In this document: positions 9,988 to 21,158 of the stretch, piece after piece
How the letters are laid out: each line of letters opens with the position of its first letter
Numbering within the stretch: the stretch's first letter is position 1
Origin: Calditrichales bacterium
GTDB lineage: Bacteria > Calditrichota > Calditrichia > Calditrichales > J004
Direction: 5' to 3'
Length of the DNA stretch: 64,000 nt
NCBI GenBank assembly: GCA_965267575.1
Contig: OZ254086.1
Location: 1,440,001 to 1,504,000 of the forward strand
Notes under the pieces: model-generated
Told to the model about the DNA's origin: nothing
The model's database searches: none
Seen by the model: the letters and a program-made list of their open reading frames with translations, nothing else
Program-made: the position numbers and the translations under genes

Positions 9988-12555
9988 TTACTCGTCTTTA
10001 AACAGCGTCGTTTGCTCTTCTCCGGCGATAATAATTTCAGGGCCGTCATCATCGGCATTTTCAACCGGTTTAACATCCAGCACCCGGTAATTGCTCAGGC
10101 GGTTGCCGCGGGCCTTCCAGCCCTTCACGTCCACAACGTCCTTTAACTCCAGGGTTTCCGTGCGACGCTCTTTCTGGCGGCCAAAAAGAAACTTTACCTG
10201 TGCCTTCGGATTGTCGTCGGTAGATATAAGCGCGGGAAAGCTGCTTTTGTCCTCGGATATAAAAGTGAACAGCCTTCCCGTTGACTCGCTTTCCACCTGG
10301 AAACGCTTTACATAGAAGTTGTCCGATTCGCTGTCGTAATGCACGGCGGTTATTACAATTTCAGGATCGTATCTCATTATGCTGTGGATTTTTTCATAAT
10401 CATAGCGATTGGTCAACTCGTAATTGGTCAGTTCCAGCGACCCGTCTTTGTAGATAACCAGTATTTTGTCGTCACCCTCAAAGCTGCCCAGGTACTGCCC
10501 GCGCTCCTCGTCGTTCAGGCGGCCCACGGTCGCATCGTACCAAAGCTCAAGCCCGCCCAGCGTGGAAGCGCCGGTTTCGCGCAGACTTACTTTGCGCACC
10601 GGATATTTTGTTAGAATGTTGCCCTGCGCGCCGCGTCCCTTGATGGCCAGCTCTCCGAAATCGAAAGAAAATTCCTTTTTGCGTGCTTTTGATTTGGGAT
10701 GTAGCTGAATGTCTACAACCTCGGATTCGCTGTTGGGGTTAGACGAAAAGTAAAGCACTTTTGAGCCTGCCGTGCCTTTGGACAGGTCGTAGGGCTTGTC
10801 GCGTGTAATAGACGTGACGGCGAATCGCTTAACGTAACTGCTGCCATCTTTGCCATCGCGGTAGATCATGTGGTAGATCATGCGCTCATCGCCCTTTTTC
10901 CAGACGGTGGCGTGGATGATGTTTTTGCCCACGAAGACTTTTTCCGACATACGCGTCACCTGGAAATTGCCGTCTTCCAGGAAAACAATGATATCATCGA
11001 GGTCCGAGCAATCGCAGATAAGCTCATCCTTGCGCAATCCCCACCCGATAAAGCCTTCCTCGCGGTTTACGTATAGCTTAACATTGTTTGCCGCTACCTG
11101 CGCCACCTCAATGGTGTCAAAGTTGCGGATTTCGGTCTTGCGTTCGCGGCCAGTGCCATATTTTTTGAGCAGATTGCGGAACCAGTCAATGGCGAAATCG
11201 ACAAGGTGCTTGAGGTGGTGCTTCACCTCACGGATCTCGTCTTCAAGGTTCTTGATCGCCTCATCGGCCTTGAACGAATCGTATTTTGAAATACGTTTGA
11301 TCTTAATCTCGGTTAGCCGGATGATGTCGTCGCGGGTGATCTCACGGTAAAACATATCCTTGTAGGGCTGCAGGCCCTTGTCGATTGTCTCGATGACCGC
11401 TTCCCAGGTTTCGCACTCTTCGATATCGCGGTAAATGCGCTTCTCGATAAAGATCTTTTCCAGCGACGAAAAGTGCCACTTTTCATTCAGCTCGGCCAGG
11501 CGGATTTCCAGCTCACGCTTGAGCAGGTGCAGTGTGTTACGCGTGGATTGCTTCAGGACGTCGTTGACATCCATGAAATGCGGCTTTTCATCAATGATGA
11601 CGCAGGTGTTGGGCGAGATCGATACTTCGCAATCGGTGAAAGCGTAGAGGGCATCGATGGTCACATCCGGTGATGTACCCGGCGGGATTTCAACGATGAT
11701 CTCCACCTCCTGGGCCGTATTATCGATAACTTTTTTGATCTTGATCTTGCCGTTATCGTTGGCCTTGATGATGCTTTCTATCAGTGAGGTGGTGGTGCTG
11801 GAAAAGGGAATTTCACGGATGGCCAGCGTGCGCTTGTCTACCACGTCGATCTTAGCGCGAATGCGGACGCGTCCGCCCTTTTGGCCGCCGTTGTAATTGC
11901 TGAAATCGGCCATACCGCCTGTTGGAAAATCCGGCAGGATGCTGATCTCTTTTTTCTGCAGCACCGCGATGGATGCTTCGATCAGCTCGCGGAAGTTGTG
12001 CGGTAAGACTTTGGTGGCAAGACCAACGGCGATGCCTTCGGCGCCCTGGGCCAGCAGCAGGGGAAATTTTACCGGCAGATGCACCGGCTCGTTTTTTCGG
12101 CCGTCGTAAGAGAGCTGCCATTCGGTGGTCTTATCGTTAAAGGCCACCTCGAGGGCAAATTTGGAAAGGCGCGCCTCGATATAACGCGGTGCCGCGGCGC
12201 TGTCCCCCGTGCGGATATCGCCCCAGTTGCCCTGGGTTTCGATCATCAGCTCTTTCTGGCCCATATTGACCAGCGCGTCGCCGATGGCCGCGTCTCCGTG
12301 CGGGTGGAACTGCATGGTATTACCGATGATGTTGGCCACTTTGTTGAAGCGCCCGTCATCCATCTGCTTCATGCTGTGAAAAATGCGCCTTTGAACGGGC
12401 TTCAGTCCATCGAACAGAGCCGGTACGGCCCTTTCAAGAATCACATAGGAAGCATAGTCCAGGAACCAGTTGCTGTACATGTCCTGAACGTGTGTGGCCT
12501 CACGCATTTCCTGCGGCTGGCCGTTTTGTTCTGCGGGAGTTTTTGAATCTGGCAT
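9988..12555 (-). CDS. parC: DNA topoisomerase IV subunit A (FCB/Bacteroidota-type)
   Basis: DGLKPVQRR, HPHGD, catalytic Tyr in AAPRYIEARL, LPDFPTGG; adjacent to parE. Confidence 0.92.
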   Translation of the reverse strand: MPDSKTPAEQNGQPQEMREATHVQDMYSNWFLDYASYVILERAVPALFDGLKPVQRRIFHSMKQMDDGRFNKVANIIGNTMQFHPHGDAAIGDALVNMGQKELMIETQGNWGDIRTGDSAAAPRYIEARLSKFALEVAFNDKTTEWQLSYDGRKNEPVHLPVKFPLLLAQGAEGIAVGLATKVLPHNFRELIEASIAVLQKKEISILPDFPTGGMADFSNYNGGQKGGRVRIRAKIDVVDKRTLAIREIPFSSTTTSLIESIIKANDNGKIKIKKVIDNTAQEVEIIVEIPPGTSPDVTIDALYAFTDCEVSISPNTCVIIDEKPHFMDVNDVLKQSTRNTLHLLKRELEIRLAELNEKWHFSSLEKIFIEKRIYRDIEECETWEAVIETIDKGLQPYKDMFYREITRDDIIRLTEIKIKRISKYDSFKADEAIKNLEDEIREVKHHLKHLVDFAIDWFRNLLKKYGTGRERKTEIRNFDTIEVAQVAANNVKLYVNREEGFIGWGLRKDELICDCSDLDDIIVFLEDGNFQVTRMSEKVFVGKNIIHATVWKKGDERMIYHMIYRDGKDGSSYVKRFAVTSITRDKPYDLSKGTAGSKVLYFSSNPNSESEVVDIQLHPKSKARKKEFSFDFGELAIKGRGAQGNILTKYPVRKVSLRETGASTLGGLELWYDATVGRLNDEERGQYLGSFEGDDKILVIYKDGSLELTNYELTNRYDYEKIHSIMRYDPEIVITAVHYDSESDNFYVKRFQVESESTGRLFTFISEDKSSFPALISTDDNPKAQVKFLFGRQKERRTETLELKDVVDVKGWKARGNRLSNYRVLDVKPVENADDDGPEIIIAGEEQTTLFKDE

Positions 12556-12592
12556 GTCTTTATTGAATGATTGATTTGATGAATTTATTGAA

Positions 12593-14494
12593 TTAATGGA
12601 TTGCTGAAACCTCTTCCGCGGCTTCTTCCGCCAGGTCCGGCTCTTCGTCTACGACGTCTTTTTCAACGCGCAGGTTGTCTATGATAAAGGTCTGCCGGTC
12701 GGGTGTGTTTTTGCCCATGTAATAGCCGAGCAGATTTTTGATGTTGGTCTTTTCCTGCAATACCAGTGGCTCAAGGCGGATATCTTCCCCGATGAACTGC
12801 TTGAACTCCTCAGGCGAGATCTCGCCAAGGCCTTTAAAGCGCGTTATTTCAGGATTCTTGCCAAGCTTTTCCATGGCCCGGCGTTTTTCTTCTTCACTGT
12901 AGCAATAGATGGTTTCCTTTTTATTGCGCACACGAAACAGCGGCGTGTCCAGAATATAAACATGGCCGTTGCGCACCAGGTCCGGGAAAAATTGCAGGAA
13001 GAATGTCATCAGCAAAAGACGGATATGCATGCCGTCCACGTCGGCGTCGGTGGCAATTACCACGCGGTTGTAGCGCAATCCTTCCAGTCCGTCTTCGATG
13101 TTCAGCGCGTGCTGCAGCAGGTTAAACTCCTCGTTTTCATAGACCACTTTTTTGGTCAGCCCGAAGCAGTTCAGCGGCTTGCCGCGCAGGCTGAAAACGG
13201 CCTGTGTGTCCACATCCCGGGCCTTGGTAATGCTGCCGCTGGCCGAATCGCCCTCGGTGATGAACAGCGTCGTGTTGTGGCGGCTTTCCTTTTTCTCATC
13301 TTCGTAATGAGTGCGGCAGTCGCGCAGCTTTTTGTTGTGCAGGTTGGCTTTTTTGGCGCGTTGATTGGCCAGCTTCTTAATGCCGGCGATTTCCTTGCGC
13401 TCGCGCTCGGATTGCAGAATGCGCTTCAGCAGCTTGTCCGCTGTCTCAGAGTCACGGTGCAGGTAATCATCCAGCTGCTTTTTGACGAAGTCATTGATAA
13501 ACGTACGGATGGTTGGCCCGTCCGGACCGACCACCTGAGAGCCCAGCTTGGTTTTGGTCTGCGATTCAAACACCGGCTCCTGCACGCGCACGCTGATCGC
13601 GCCGATAATCGAAGCGCGGATATCGGAAGCGTCAAAATCTTTTTTGTAAAATTCTCTAACCGCTTTAACGATACTTTCACGAAAAGCGGACAGGTGCGTG
13701 CCGCCCTGCGTGGTGTGCTGGCCGTTTACAAAGGAGTAGTACTCCTCGCCGTATTGGATGCCGTGGGTCAGGGCGAATTCAATGTCCTTGCCGCGAAAAT
13801 GGATGATCGGATAACGGATCGACTCCGGATCGGTTTTGCGTTCCAGCAGATCACGCAGGCCGTTTTCAGAATGGATTTTATCACCATTGAAGTTGACCGT
13901 TAAACCGGCATTGAGAAAAGCGTAATTCCAGAACTGGCTTTCCAGAAAATCGGGAATGAAGCGGTAATGCTTGAAAACAGAATCGTCCGGCTCAAATTCT
14001 ACCAGCGTGCCGTTGCGCTGTGTCGTAAGCTCTACCGGATGGTCTTTCAGGACTTCACCGCGGGAGAACTCGATGGTCTTCATCTTGCCGTCGCGCACGG
14101 ACTGAACCTTGAAATAGTTGGATAACGCGTTAACCGCTTTCGTACCCACGCCATTCAATCCGACGGATTTCTGGAATGCTTCGCTGTCATATTTACCGCC
14201 GGTATTTATCTTTGCCACGCAATCGTACACCTTGCCCAGCGGGATGCCGCGGCCGTAGTCACGGATTTTTACTTTCTGCTCGGTAATGCGTACGTCTATG
14301 GTTTTACCAAAGCCCATCACATGCTCATCAATGGCGTTGTCGATCGTCTCCTTCACCAGCACGTAGATGCCGTCATCCTGGGCGCTGCCGTCACCGAGCT
14401 TGCCAATGTACATGCCGGGTCGCAGACGGATGTGCTCTTTCCAGTCCAGCGATCTAATATTCTCTTCAGTATATGTGGAATTGTTTTTTGCCAT
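12593..14494 (-). CDS. parE: DNA topoisomerase IV subunit B
   Basis: [59 protein letters not shown] 14494 preferred over GTG 14515. Confidence 0.93.
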   Translation of the reverse strand: MAKNNSTYTEENIRSLDWKEHIRLRPGMYIGKLGDGSAQDDGIYVLVKETIDNAIDEHVMGFGKTIDVRITEQKVKIRDYGRGIPLGKVYDCVAKINTGGKYDSEAFQKSVGLNGVGTKAVNALSNYFKVQSVRDGKMKTIEFSRGEVLKDHPVELTTQRNGTLVEFEPDDSVFKHYRFIPDFLESQFWNYAFLNAGLTVNFNGDKIHSENGLRDLLERKTDPESIRYPIIHFRGKDIEFALTHGIQYGEEYYSFVNGQHTTQGGTHLSAFRESIVKAVREFYKKDFDASDIRASIIGAISVRVQEPVFESQTKTKLGSQVVGPDGPTIRTFINDFVKKQLDDYLHRDSETADKLLKRILQSERERKEIAGIKKLANQRAKKANLHNKKLRDCRTHYEDEKKESRHNTTLFITEGDSASGSITKARDVDTQAVFSLRGKPLNCFGLTKKVVYENEEFNLLQHALNIEDGLEGLRYNRVVIATDADVDGMHIRLLLMTFFLQFFPDLVRNGHVYILDTPLFRVRNKKETIYCYSEEEKRRAMEKLGKNPEITRFKGLGEISPEEFKQFIGEDIRLEPLVLQEKTNIKNLLGYYMGKNTPDRQTFIIDNLRVEKDVVDEEPDLAEEAAEEVSAIH

Positions 14495-14584
14495 AATATC
14501 TTTTGTTGGGGTCACGGGTTGAAGTAACTGATGGCCAAATATACATCACATGAAGTTATTTGCACAACCGTACAATAAAAACAA

Positions 14585-15349
14585 TTACGACTCCTGCAAA
14601 TAAATACGCTGCTGCAGGTCGTCGATGGTGTCCGGTGCGTGGCCTTCATAGTGGTTGTTGGCAAAGGCAAAAACCTCGAGGCCTTTCTCCATAAACGCGC
14701 GGATACGCCCGGCCCACCAGTCCAGTTCCAGCGACCGGTCAAGGGTACGTTCAGTAAAATCATCGCCGGTCACTTTGCGGTTGCCGATAAGCCGGATGTA
14801 AACAAAGGCGGCTGTTTCAATGCTCAGCCGCGGCATGTAATAGAGATCGTTTAAGACCAGCGCGATGTTCAATCCGCGCAGGCGATCATAAAATGTGGGA
14901 TTGAGCCAGCTTTTGTGGCGCACTTCTACGCAGAGCCGCGCCTCATCACGGTGCCGTTCCAGAAAATCAAACAGGACACGTTCAAATTTGGCTGCGGTAA
15001 ATTTGTAATCAAACTGCAAAACCACGGGACCAAGACGCGGGCCAAGGCCGGACATAACCTCCATAAATTCACGCCACAGATCATCGCAATCCTGCAGGCG
15101 CTTTTCATGGGTGATCTGTTGCGGAACCTTGGGGGCAAAGCGGAAATCCTCTGTTGTTACGGCTGCCCATTTCTCAATGGTCGTAGGCCGTGGCGTGCCG
15201 TAAAACGTGGAATCGATTTCGACCACATCAAAACGCTTGGCATACTGCCGCAGAAAGTCCGTCGATTTGGAACCGGGCTCGTAAATCTTTCCCAGCCAGT
15301 CTTTATAGCCCCAGCCGGAGGTGCCGAGATGTAGCAGCTTTTTGTTCAT
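14585..15349 (-). CDS. DUF72 (YecE-like) family protein
   Basis: GTSGWGYKDW, VEIDSTFY, VEVRHKSW, NNHYEGHAP. Confidence 0.9.
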   Translation of the reverse strand: MNKKLLHLGTSGWGYKDWLGKIYEPGSKSTDFLRQYAKRFDVVEIDSTFYGTPRPTTIEKWAAVTTEDFRFAPKVPQQITHEKRLQDCDDLWREFMEVMSGLGPRLGPVVLQFDYKFTAAKFERVLFDFLERHRDEARLCVEVRHKSWLNPTFYDRLRGLNIALVLNDLYYMPRLSIETAAFVYIRLIGNRKVTGDDFTERTLDRSLELDWWAGRIRAFMEKGLEVFAFANNHYEGHAPDTIDDLQQRIYLQES

Positions 15350-17778
15350 CAGCGCAGCAAGACCATTCTTTTTTCAAAACTGTGACCGCCGGCCTGCAGC
15401 TTGAGAATGTAGATGCCTGATGCCGCGGGCGTGCCGTTTGCGCTGTTGCCATCCCATACCAGTTTTGTTTCGCCGGCGGATGCGCTGCCGTTTACCAGTG
15501 TGCGCGTTTTGCGGCCGTGGATGTCGTAAACGGTCAGCCGGACGTCCTGCGCTTTGGGCAGATAAAAGCGCAGCGTGGTTTGCGGGTTAAAGGGATTGGG
15601 ATAGTTTTGATAAAGCTGCATGGCTTGCGGCTGTAACGGCTTCTCTTCGCCGATATGATCCGGCGTATCCCGGTAACCAATGATGGCGATATCGTCAATA
15701 TGCCAGCCGTCGAATTCCACGTTGCTGTCCGAGGAGAGGTTAAAGCGCAGATAAAGCGAATCACTGCCGGCGTAGGTGCTGAGATCGATAAGCTCGTGCA
15801 CCCAAATCAGTTGCGTACCGTGATAGCCGGGTTCGTTAAGGTCCTGCCGCCCGTAACCGGAGCCGGGATAGCTGAAAAGGCCGCTCAAAGCGTTCCAGTT
15901 GCTGCCATCCGTCGAAGCCTGAACGATGCCAAAATCATAACCGGTTTCAATGGACCAGCGCGTGCGGAAGCTGAGGTAAATGTTTTGCAACGAGTCTGCC
16001 GGGAGGGCTTTTTTCAGCACAAAGCTGCTGCTAAGATTGGAGCCGTAGTCGGAGCCGGGGCTGTCGCTGTAATGATTTTCTCCGCTATAAGAGTCGCTGC
16101 TTTCTTTGGCCCAGGGGCCCTCAAAAAGGGAGATTGTACTGTCGGCATTGTCGGTCATCAGCAGGTTGGGGATGCCTACAAGAAAAGTTCCGACCGGTTG
16201 ATAGTGCGTATAACCGTTATGGTCAATTTCCAGAAACAGATCGCTGACGAGGCCGCGGCCGGCTGCCATGCTTGCTATGACGGGAATGGTCAGGATGGTG
16301 TCTGTCTGCGCGGCCAATGAATCCAGCATGATGCTTTCTGTTAGCGGCAGAATGTCCTCGTTTTCGTTGAAGATATTTATCCGGGCATCAGCGGCAGTCC
16401 CAAGCCCGATGTTGCGAATGCGAAATTGAATGTTGACGGAATCACCCGGCGCAACCCAGGTGACCGGGCTGTCGTTTTGGCTTAATGTGTAACCCCGGAA
16501 GCGCAGCAATCCGCCCGCGGCTTGTGCCAAAACCAGGTTGGGATAAAGGTTCTCGCGGGCATGCGGATAGATGCGATCTATGTCAGGCCAGAAACCGTCG
16601 GTATAGCGGCCCACTTCGGGCGTCATCGAGAAAATCTTGTTTTTCTCTTCCTGCTCGCCGTACATCCAGTCGTCGGAATCGCCATTAACCAGGTAGCCGA
16701 CAGTTTGATCGCCGGTGCCGTAGACGTAGCGGTTGTCGCGCGTCATTTCCATACCCAGGTAACGAAAGGCCGTGGAGTCTTCCGTCTCAAAGGAAGCGAT
16801 GTAGCCCCAGGGATAGATCAGCAGGTTGGAGTAGGTGTGATAGTTGAGCGCCAGCCGGAATTCGTGCAAAAAACAGAAATCGCGAATGGCCTGTGTTTCC
16901 GGCTCTGAGAAAGGCCCCGTGCCGCGGTACACGGCGCTGGAAGGATTGGAGCTGGAACCGTTGTCGTCGTAACCCCAGGTGTGGCCGTAGTTGCGGTTGA
17001 GGTCTACACCATAACTGCCGCCGCCGTTGTCGCGGCGGTTTTTGCGCCAGTATATGTTGCCCTCTTCGTAGCCGTTTTGATTATAGAGATAACCATCGGG
17101 ATTGATCATCGGGACAAAATGAAGCTGGCGGTTTTCCAGCAGGTAGGTGACCTGCGGGTCCAGGCCGTAGTTTTCCAGCAGGTACCACATAAAATAGACC
17201 AGTGTCTGCATGCTTCCCGGTTCGCGGGCGTGGTGCAAAGAAGTATAAAGCACTTCCGGCTCCTGCTCCTCATATACCTCGGGATTGTCGGAGATTTTCA
17301 CCGTCCAAATGCTGCGATCTTCTATAGTTTTACCGATGGAAGACTTCTCCGTAATTAAATGCGGGTAAAGCGATCGCATGGAATCCAGCTCGGCCTCAAA
17401 TTGCTCTTTGGTGTAAAAACCGCCCAGGTCGCCCAGCTCAAAGTTGACGGGATCGTCGCTGTTTTCCAGCTGCGCTATGTCCGGCCATTGCTTTTTGCGG
17501 CGCTGGTAATCGGCAAACAGGTCTTCCACGGTGATGCGGTAGGAAAAACCGGAGGCCTTAAGCAGGGCCATTTCATCCTGACCCAGGATTGTTTTTAGCA
17601 CAAAGCTGCCGTCAGCTTTCTCCAGGTGCGCGTGGTCCAGGATAACGCCGGCCCCGGCCAGTTCTGCAATCTCAGCTTTGGAGTTAAGCAAAATATCCAC
17701 TTTGCTGTGAATGTTTTGTGCCGGCGCAGGGGCCGTAAGCGCAAATACAATCGAAACTAAAATTAAAATCCGTTTCAC
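15349..17778 (-). CDS. Secreted M14 zinc carboxypeptidase (carboxypeptidase T-like) with Ig and jelly-roll domains and a C-terminal FlgD/T9SS-like domain
   Basis: HHAREP, WRKNR, GVDLNRNY, NYHTY, TPEVG; C-terminal QNYPNPFNPQT...ASGIYILKL. Confidence 0.9.
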   Translation of the reverse strand: MKRILILVSIVFALTAPAPAQNIHSKVDILLNSKAEIAELAGAGVILDHAHLEKADGSFVLKTILGQDEMALLKASGFSYRITVEDLFADYQRRKKQWPDIAQLENSDDPVNFELGDLGGFYTKEQFEAELDSMRSLYPHLITEKSSIGKTIEDRSIWTVKISDNPEVYEEQEPEVLYTSLHHAREPGSMQTLVYFMWYLLENYGLDPQVTYLLENRQLHFVPMINPDGYLYNQNGYEEGNIYWRKNRRDNGGGSYGVDLNRNYGHTWGYDDNGSSSNPSSAVYRGTGPFSEPETQAIRDFCFLHEFRLALNYHTYSNLLIYPWGYIASFETEDSTAFRYLGMEMTRDNRYVYGTGDQTVGYLVNGDSDDWMYGEQEEKNKIFSMTPEVGRYTDGFWPDIDRIYPHARENLYPNLVLAQAAGGLLRFRGYTLSQNDSPVTWVAPGDSVNIQFRIRNIGLGTAADARINIFNENEDILPLTESIMLDSLAAQTDTILTIPVIASMAAGRGLVSDLFLEIDHNGYTHYQPVGTFLVGIPNLLMTDNADSTISLFEGPWAKESSDSYSGENHYSDSPGSDYGSNLSSSFVLKKALPADSLQNIYLSFRTRWSIETGYDFGIVQASTDGSNWNALSGLFSYPGSGYGRQDLNEPGYHGTQLIWVHELIDLSTYAGSDSLYLRFNLSSDSNVEFDGWHIDDIAIIGYRDTPDHIGEEKPLQPQAMQLYQNYPNPFNPQTTLRFYLPKAQDVRLTVYDIHGRKTRTLVNGSASAGETKLVWDGNSANGTPAASGIYILKLQAGGHSFEKRMVLLR

Positions 17779-17916
17779 GATGCGATCCTTTTTTTATGAA
17801 TGTTTTTAATATTAGTGCACCTGCCAACGCGCCGCAAACAAAAGAGTGCCCCGGCAATTTGAAAAGCATGCGCGTATCCGATATTTTCAAGCTCTGAATT
17901 AAACCTGCTCATCCGC

Positions 17917-19725
17917 ATGTTTTCGATCATAGACTGGCTTATCATCATCGCTTACCTGGTTTTTGCTTTTGCCATCGGCGCGCTAATGACGCGCAAGGCG
18001 GGCACAGGCCTGGACTCCTACTTCATCGCCGGGCGCAGTTTGCCCTGGTGGTGGCTGGGCACATCGATGGTCGCTACGACCTTTGCCGCCGATACGCCGC
18101 TGGCCATCACCGGCATCATCGCCAAAGACGGTATCTCCGGCAACTGGTTCTGGTGGAGCTGGATCATCACCTTTGTCACGATCACTGTATTCTTTGCCCG
18201 GCGCTGGTCGCAAAGCGGCGTGCTCACCGACGTGGAGCTGATCGAACTGCGCTACAGCGGACGTCCGGCGTCCATCCTGCGTGTGTTCAAGGCGCTGTAC
18301 ATGGGCGTGATCGTTAACTGCGTGATCCTGGGCTGGGTGTTCCGGGCGATGAGCAAAATTACCAGCCCCTTCATCGACTGGCAGATTATTCTTGGTTCCG
18401 GCGTTTATAACAACCTGCTCAACTTCTGGCCCGGATTCCTCATTTTTGACAATTTTAATAACACGCTGACCGTGCTGGTTATTTTTGTTATTGTTGTCAC
18501 CTACAGCAGCATGGGCGGTATCCGCGGCGTTATTTTAACCGACCTGTTCCAGTTTGTTTTGGCCATGGGCACGGCGATCATTTTCGCGGTACTGGCGGTG
18601 CAGCATGTCGGCGGCTTGGGAGAACTGTTTGCGCAGATGCACCAACTTTACCCCGAACGCGGCGCGGACTTCCTGCGTATCTGGCCCGATTTCGACAATG
18701 TGCTTTTGCCGTTTGAGGTGTTTCTCATTTTCATCGCCATCCAGTGGTGGGCGCAGTATTACTCCGATGGCTCCGGCTACCTGGCCCAGCGCATGAATAC
18801 GGCGCGCACACCGGCGGACGCGGAAAAAGGGACCTTGTGGTTCACGCTGGCCAACTTCTGCCTGCGCACCTGGCCCTGGATCATGGTCGGGCTGGTGGCG
18901 ATTGTCGTTTTCCCGCTGGACGATCCCGCCAGGTATTACGCGCTTGGTGAAAGCGTGGCCGGCGACCGCGAGATGGGCTACCCGGTGCTGATGAAACTGA
19001 TCCTGCCGTCGGGCTTACTGGGCCTGACTTTCGCCAGCCTGATGGCCGCCTTTATGAGCACGGTGGACACGCACATCAACTGGGGCGCCAGTTACATGGT
19101 CAACGATCTGTACAAGCGTTTCTTTAATCCTGCAGCCTCGCAAAAGCGCCTGGTTCTTGCCAGCCGCGTCAGCGTTATTCTTATTTCGCTGGCCGCCGTG
19201 TTGATAGCCAGCCAGATCAGTTCCATCGAAGAGGCCTGGAAGTTTTTTGTCGCCCTGGGCGCCGGGCTGGGTCTACCGCAGATGCTGCGCTGGCTGTGGT
19301 GGCGCGCCAACGCCTGGACCGAGATCAGCGGCATGGCGGCGGCGTTTGTCAGCTCCGTTTTTCTTTACACGGCCTTCCCTGATACCCGCTCGGAGTACCT
19401 CATCTTCTGGAGCGTATTGATCAGCACGGCCGTGGCATTATCCGCCACATTTGTAACAGCGCCGGTGCGCGCTGAAACGCTGCGTCAGTTTGTGGACAAA
19501 ACATCACCGGTGGGTTTTTGGGGCGTTTACACCGTAAAAACAGAACAGCGCAAAAAAGAATTCAAACAGCGATTGCTAATATGGCTATTGGGGCTGATTA
19601 CCTGTTTTGCCAGCGTATTTGGTATAGGCTACCTGTTGCTGCTGGACTGGCCGTTGGGACTGGCGTTGCTCGCTTTGTGCGTGGTGTGTTTTTGTGCCAT
19701 GCTAAAACGGATGAAGGCGAAATAG
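17917..19725 (+). CDS. Sodium:solute symporter family protein
   Basis: [39 protein letters not shown]; many TM helices. Confidence 0.92.
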   Translation: MFSIIDWLIIIAYLVFAFAIGALMTRKAGTGLDSYFIAGRSLPWWWLGTSMVATTFAADTPLAITGIIAKDGISGNWFWWSWIITFVTITVFFARRWSQSGVLTDVELIELRYSGRPASILRVFKALYMGVIVNCVILGWVFRAMSKITSPFIDWQIILGSGVYNNLLNFWPGFLIFDNFNNTLTVLVIFVIVVTYSSMGGIRGVILTDLFQFVLAMGTAIIFAVLAVQHVGGLGELFAQMHQLYPERGADFLRIWPDFDNVLLPFEVFLIFIAIQWWAQYYSDGSGYLAQRMNTARTPADAEKGTLWFTLANFCLRTWPWIMVGLVAIVVFPLDDPARYYALGESVAGDREMGYPVLMKLILPSGLLGLTFASLMAAFMSTVDTHINWGASYMVNDLYKRFFNPAASQKRLVLASRVSVILISLAAVLIASQISSIEEAWKFFVALGAGLGLPQMLRWLWWRANAWTEISGMAAAFVSSVFLYTAFPDTRSEYLIFWSVLISTAVALSATFVTAPVRAETLRQFVDKTSPVGFWGVYTVKTEQRKKEFKQRLLIWLLGLITCFASVFGIGYLLLLDWPLGLALLALCVVCFCAMLKRMKAK

Positions 19726-19790
19726 GCTTTTCGCCGATTCCCTCTTTTTCCTTCTCATTCTCGTTATCTTTATCGTATCTTTATTTCACC

Positions 19791-19824
19791 ATGAAGGCCA
19801 TGAAGGCCATGAAGAGCATGAAGG
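19791..19824 (+). repeat. 9-bp tandem repeat (ATGAAGGCC x ~4)
   Basis: ATGAAGGCC ATGAAGGCC ATGAAGAGC ATGAAGG. Confidence 0.8.
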
Positions 19825-19896
19825 AAAATAATGCCACGACGGTTTCTTGATCATGATCGTGCTCCTGATCAAAGAGAATGTACCCTTCTGGGCAAA

Positions 19897-19953
19897 GATC
19901 CCGGTGTGGAAAAAGCACCAACCGGGATGACACTTTGGGCTGTCATTTCCCGG
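19897..19953. repeat. REP-like inverted-repeat element
   Basis: ATCCCGGT..ACCGGGAT arms, and CCGGGATGACA..TGTCATTTCCCGG as an alternative pairing. Confidence 0.5.
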
Positions 19954-19982
19954 CGGGGATATTTTCAGCTTGAAGGAAAAAT

Positions 19983-20007
19983 GTAGAGACGCAAAATCTT
20001 GCGTCTC
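19983..20007 (+). repeat. GTAG-type REP palindrome, copy 1
   Basis: GTAGAGACGCAA-AATC-TTGCGTCTC. Confidence 0.85.
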
Positions 20008-20020
20008 ATTGAATTAGAGA

Positions 20021-21098
20021 ATGATAATGATTATGAAAATGAAAAAGACCTTTACGCGGCTGCCGCTCCTGGCCTTATCGTTTTTCTGCAGCGAACAGCC
20101 AACAGACCCGCCTCCCCAACAAGACGTTTGCGAAATAAGCGACACGACAACCCATAACTTTACCTGGCATACGGACACATTGGGCGAGTGGCCAAGCGTT
20201 TTATATGATGTTGCTGCTGTTGATGAGAATAATGTGTGGGCCGTGGGCGACATCAAAAAAGCGGACAGCCACTATAATGTTATTAAATGGAACGGGGAGT
20301 CTTATGATTACTTATCATTAAAACTACATGCATATGGCGGCAATAATCCTCTTTATCAAGAGCTACGCTCATCAATAGCTTTTTCCGTAAATGATGTTTG
20401 GGTTTTTCCCATAGGGGGAGCTTATGCGCATTGGGATGGTAGCAAGTGGGAAAGTGAATATTTTGGGACCTTCCAAAAAGGCATTACCCTTGATGTATGG
20501 GGTTCCTCTTCCAACGATATTTTTATTGTCGGCTCAAACGGCTCCATTACCCACTACGACGGCTCATCCTTTACGCTTATGGAAAGCGGAACGGACGTGG
20601 AACTGCGCGACATCACCGGCTATGTCGATCCGGAGACCGGGCTGACCCACGCCTGGGCCGCAGGGCCATTGACATTGCTGCATTACGATGGCTATGAATG
20701 GCAAACAGTGTGGGATGAAAACAATCCCCTGGTTCCGGACGGCTACATTCATCCGGCGGCCATACATGATATTAACCATGAACAGGTTCTGGTCGCTGCT
20801 TACAAGCCGATTGAAATCAGCGGTTATTGCATCAATACAAAAGACCCTGCCGACTTCCGCCACATTTTTACGACGGACTTTTTTCCATACGCCATTAGCG
20901 GGAGCAACGCTTAGTGACATCTTTGTTGTAGGAGAATGGGGAAATATAGCACACTTTAATGGCGCCAGTATTATGAAATATCCGGAGTCAAACTCAGGTG
21001 TAAACAGAAACGTGAGTTACGTAAACGACCACGTCTTTGTCGTCGGTCCGCTTGCCGAACAATTAGGGTTATTTGTCAGAGGCAGGAAAATTCCTTAA
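20021..21098 (+). pseudogene. Putative beta-propeller-like lipoprotein, paralog 1, split by a 1-nt frameshift near 20900
   Basis: ORF 20021..20914 aligns with the N-terminal ~80% of 21159..22244; the rest (TLSDIFVVGEWGNIAHFNG) continues in the +1 frame to 21098; likely start MKKTF at 20039. Confidence 0.75.
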
Positions 21099-21120
21099 CG
21101 GGCGTCTATGAAGAATAAAT

Positions 21121-21145
21121 GCAGAGACGCAAAATCTTGCGTCTC
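21121..21145 (+). repeat. REP palindrome, copy 2 (GCAG variant)
   Basis: GCAGAGACGCAA-AATC-TTGCGTCTC. Confidence 0.85.
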
Positions 21146-21158
21146 ACCGGATTAGAAA

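Noticed and set aside
12962-13903. 313-aa plus-strand ORF
   Set aside because: Antisense to parE with no recognisable motifs
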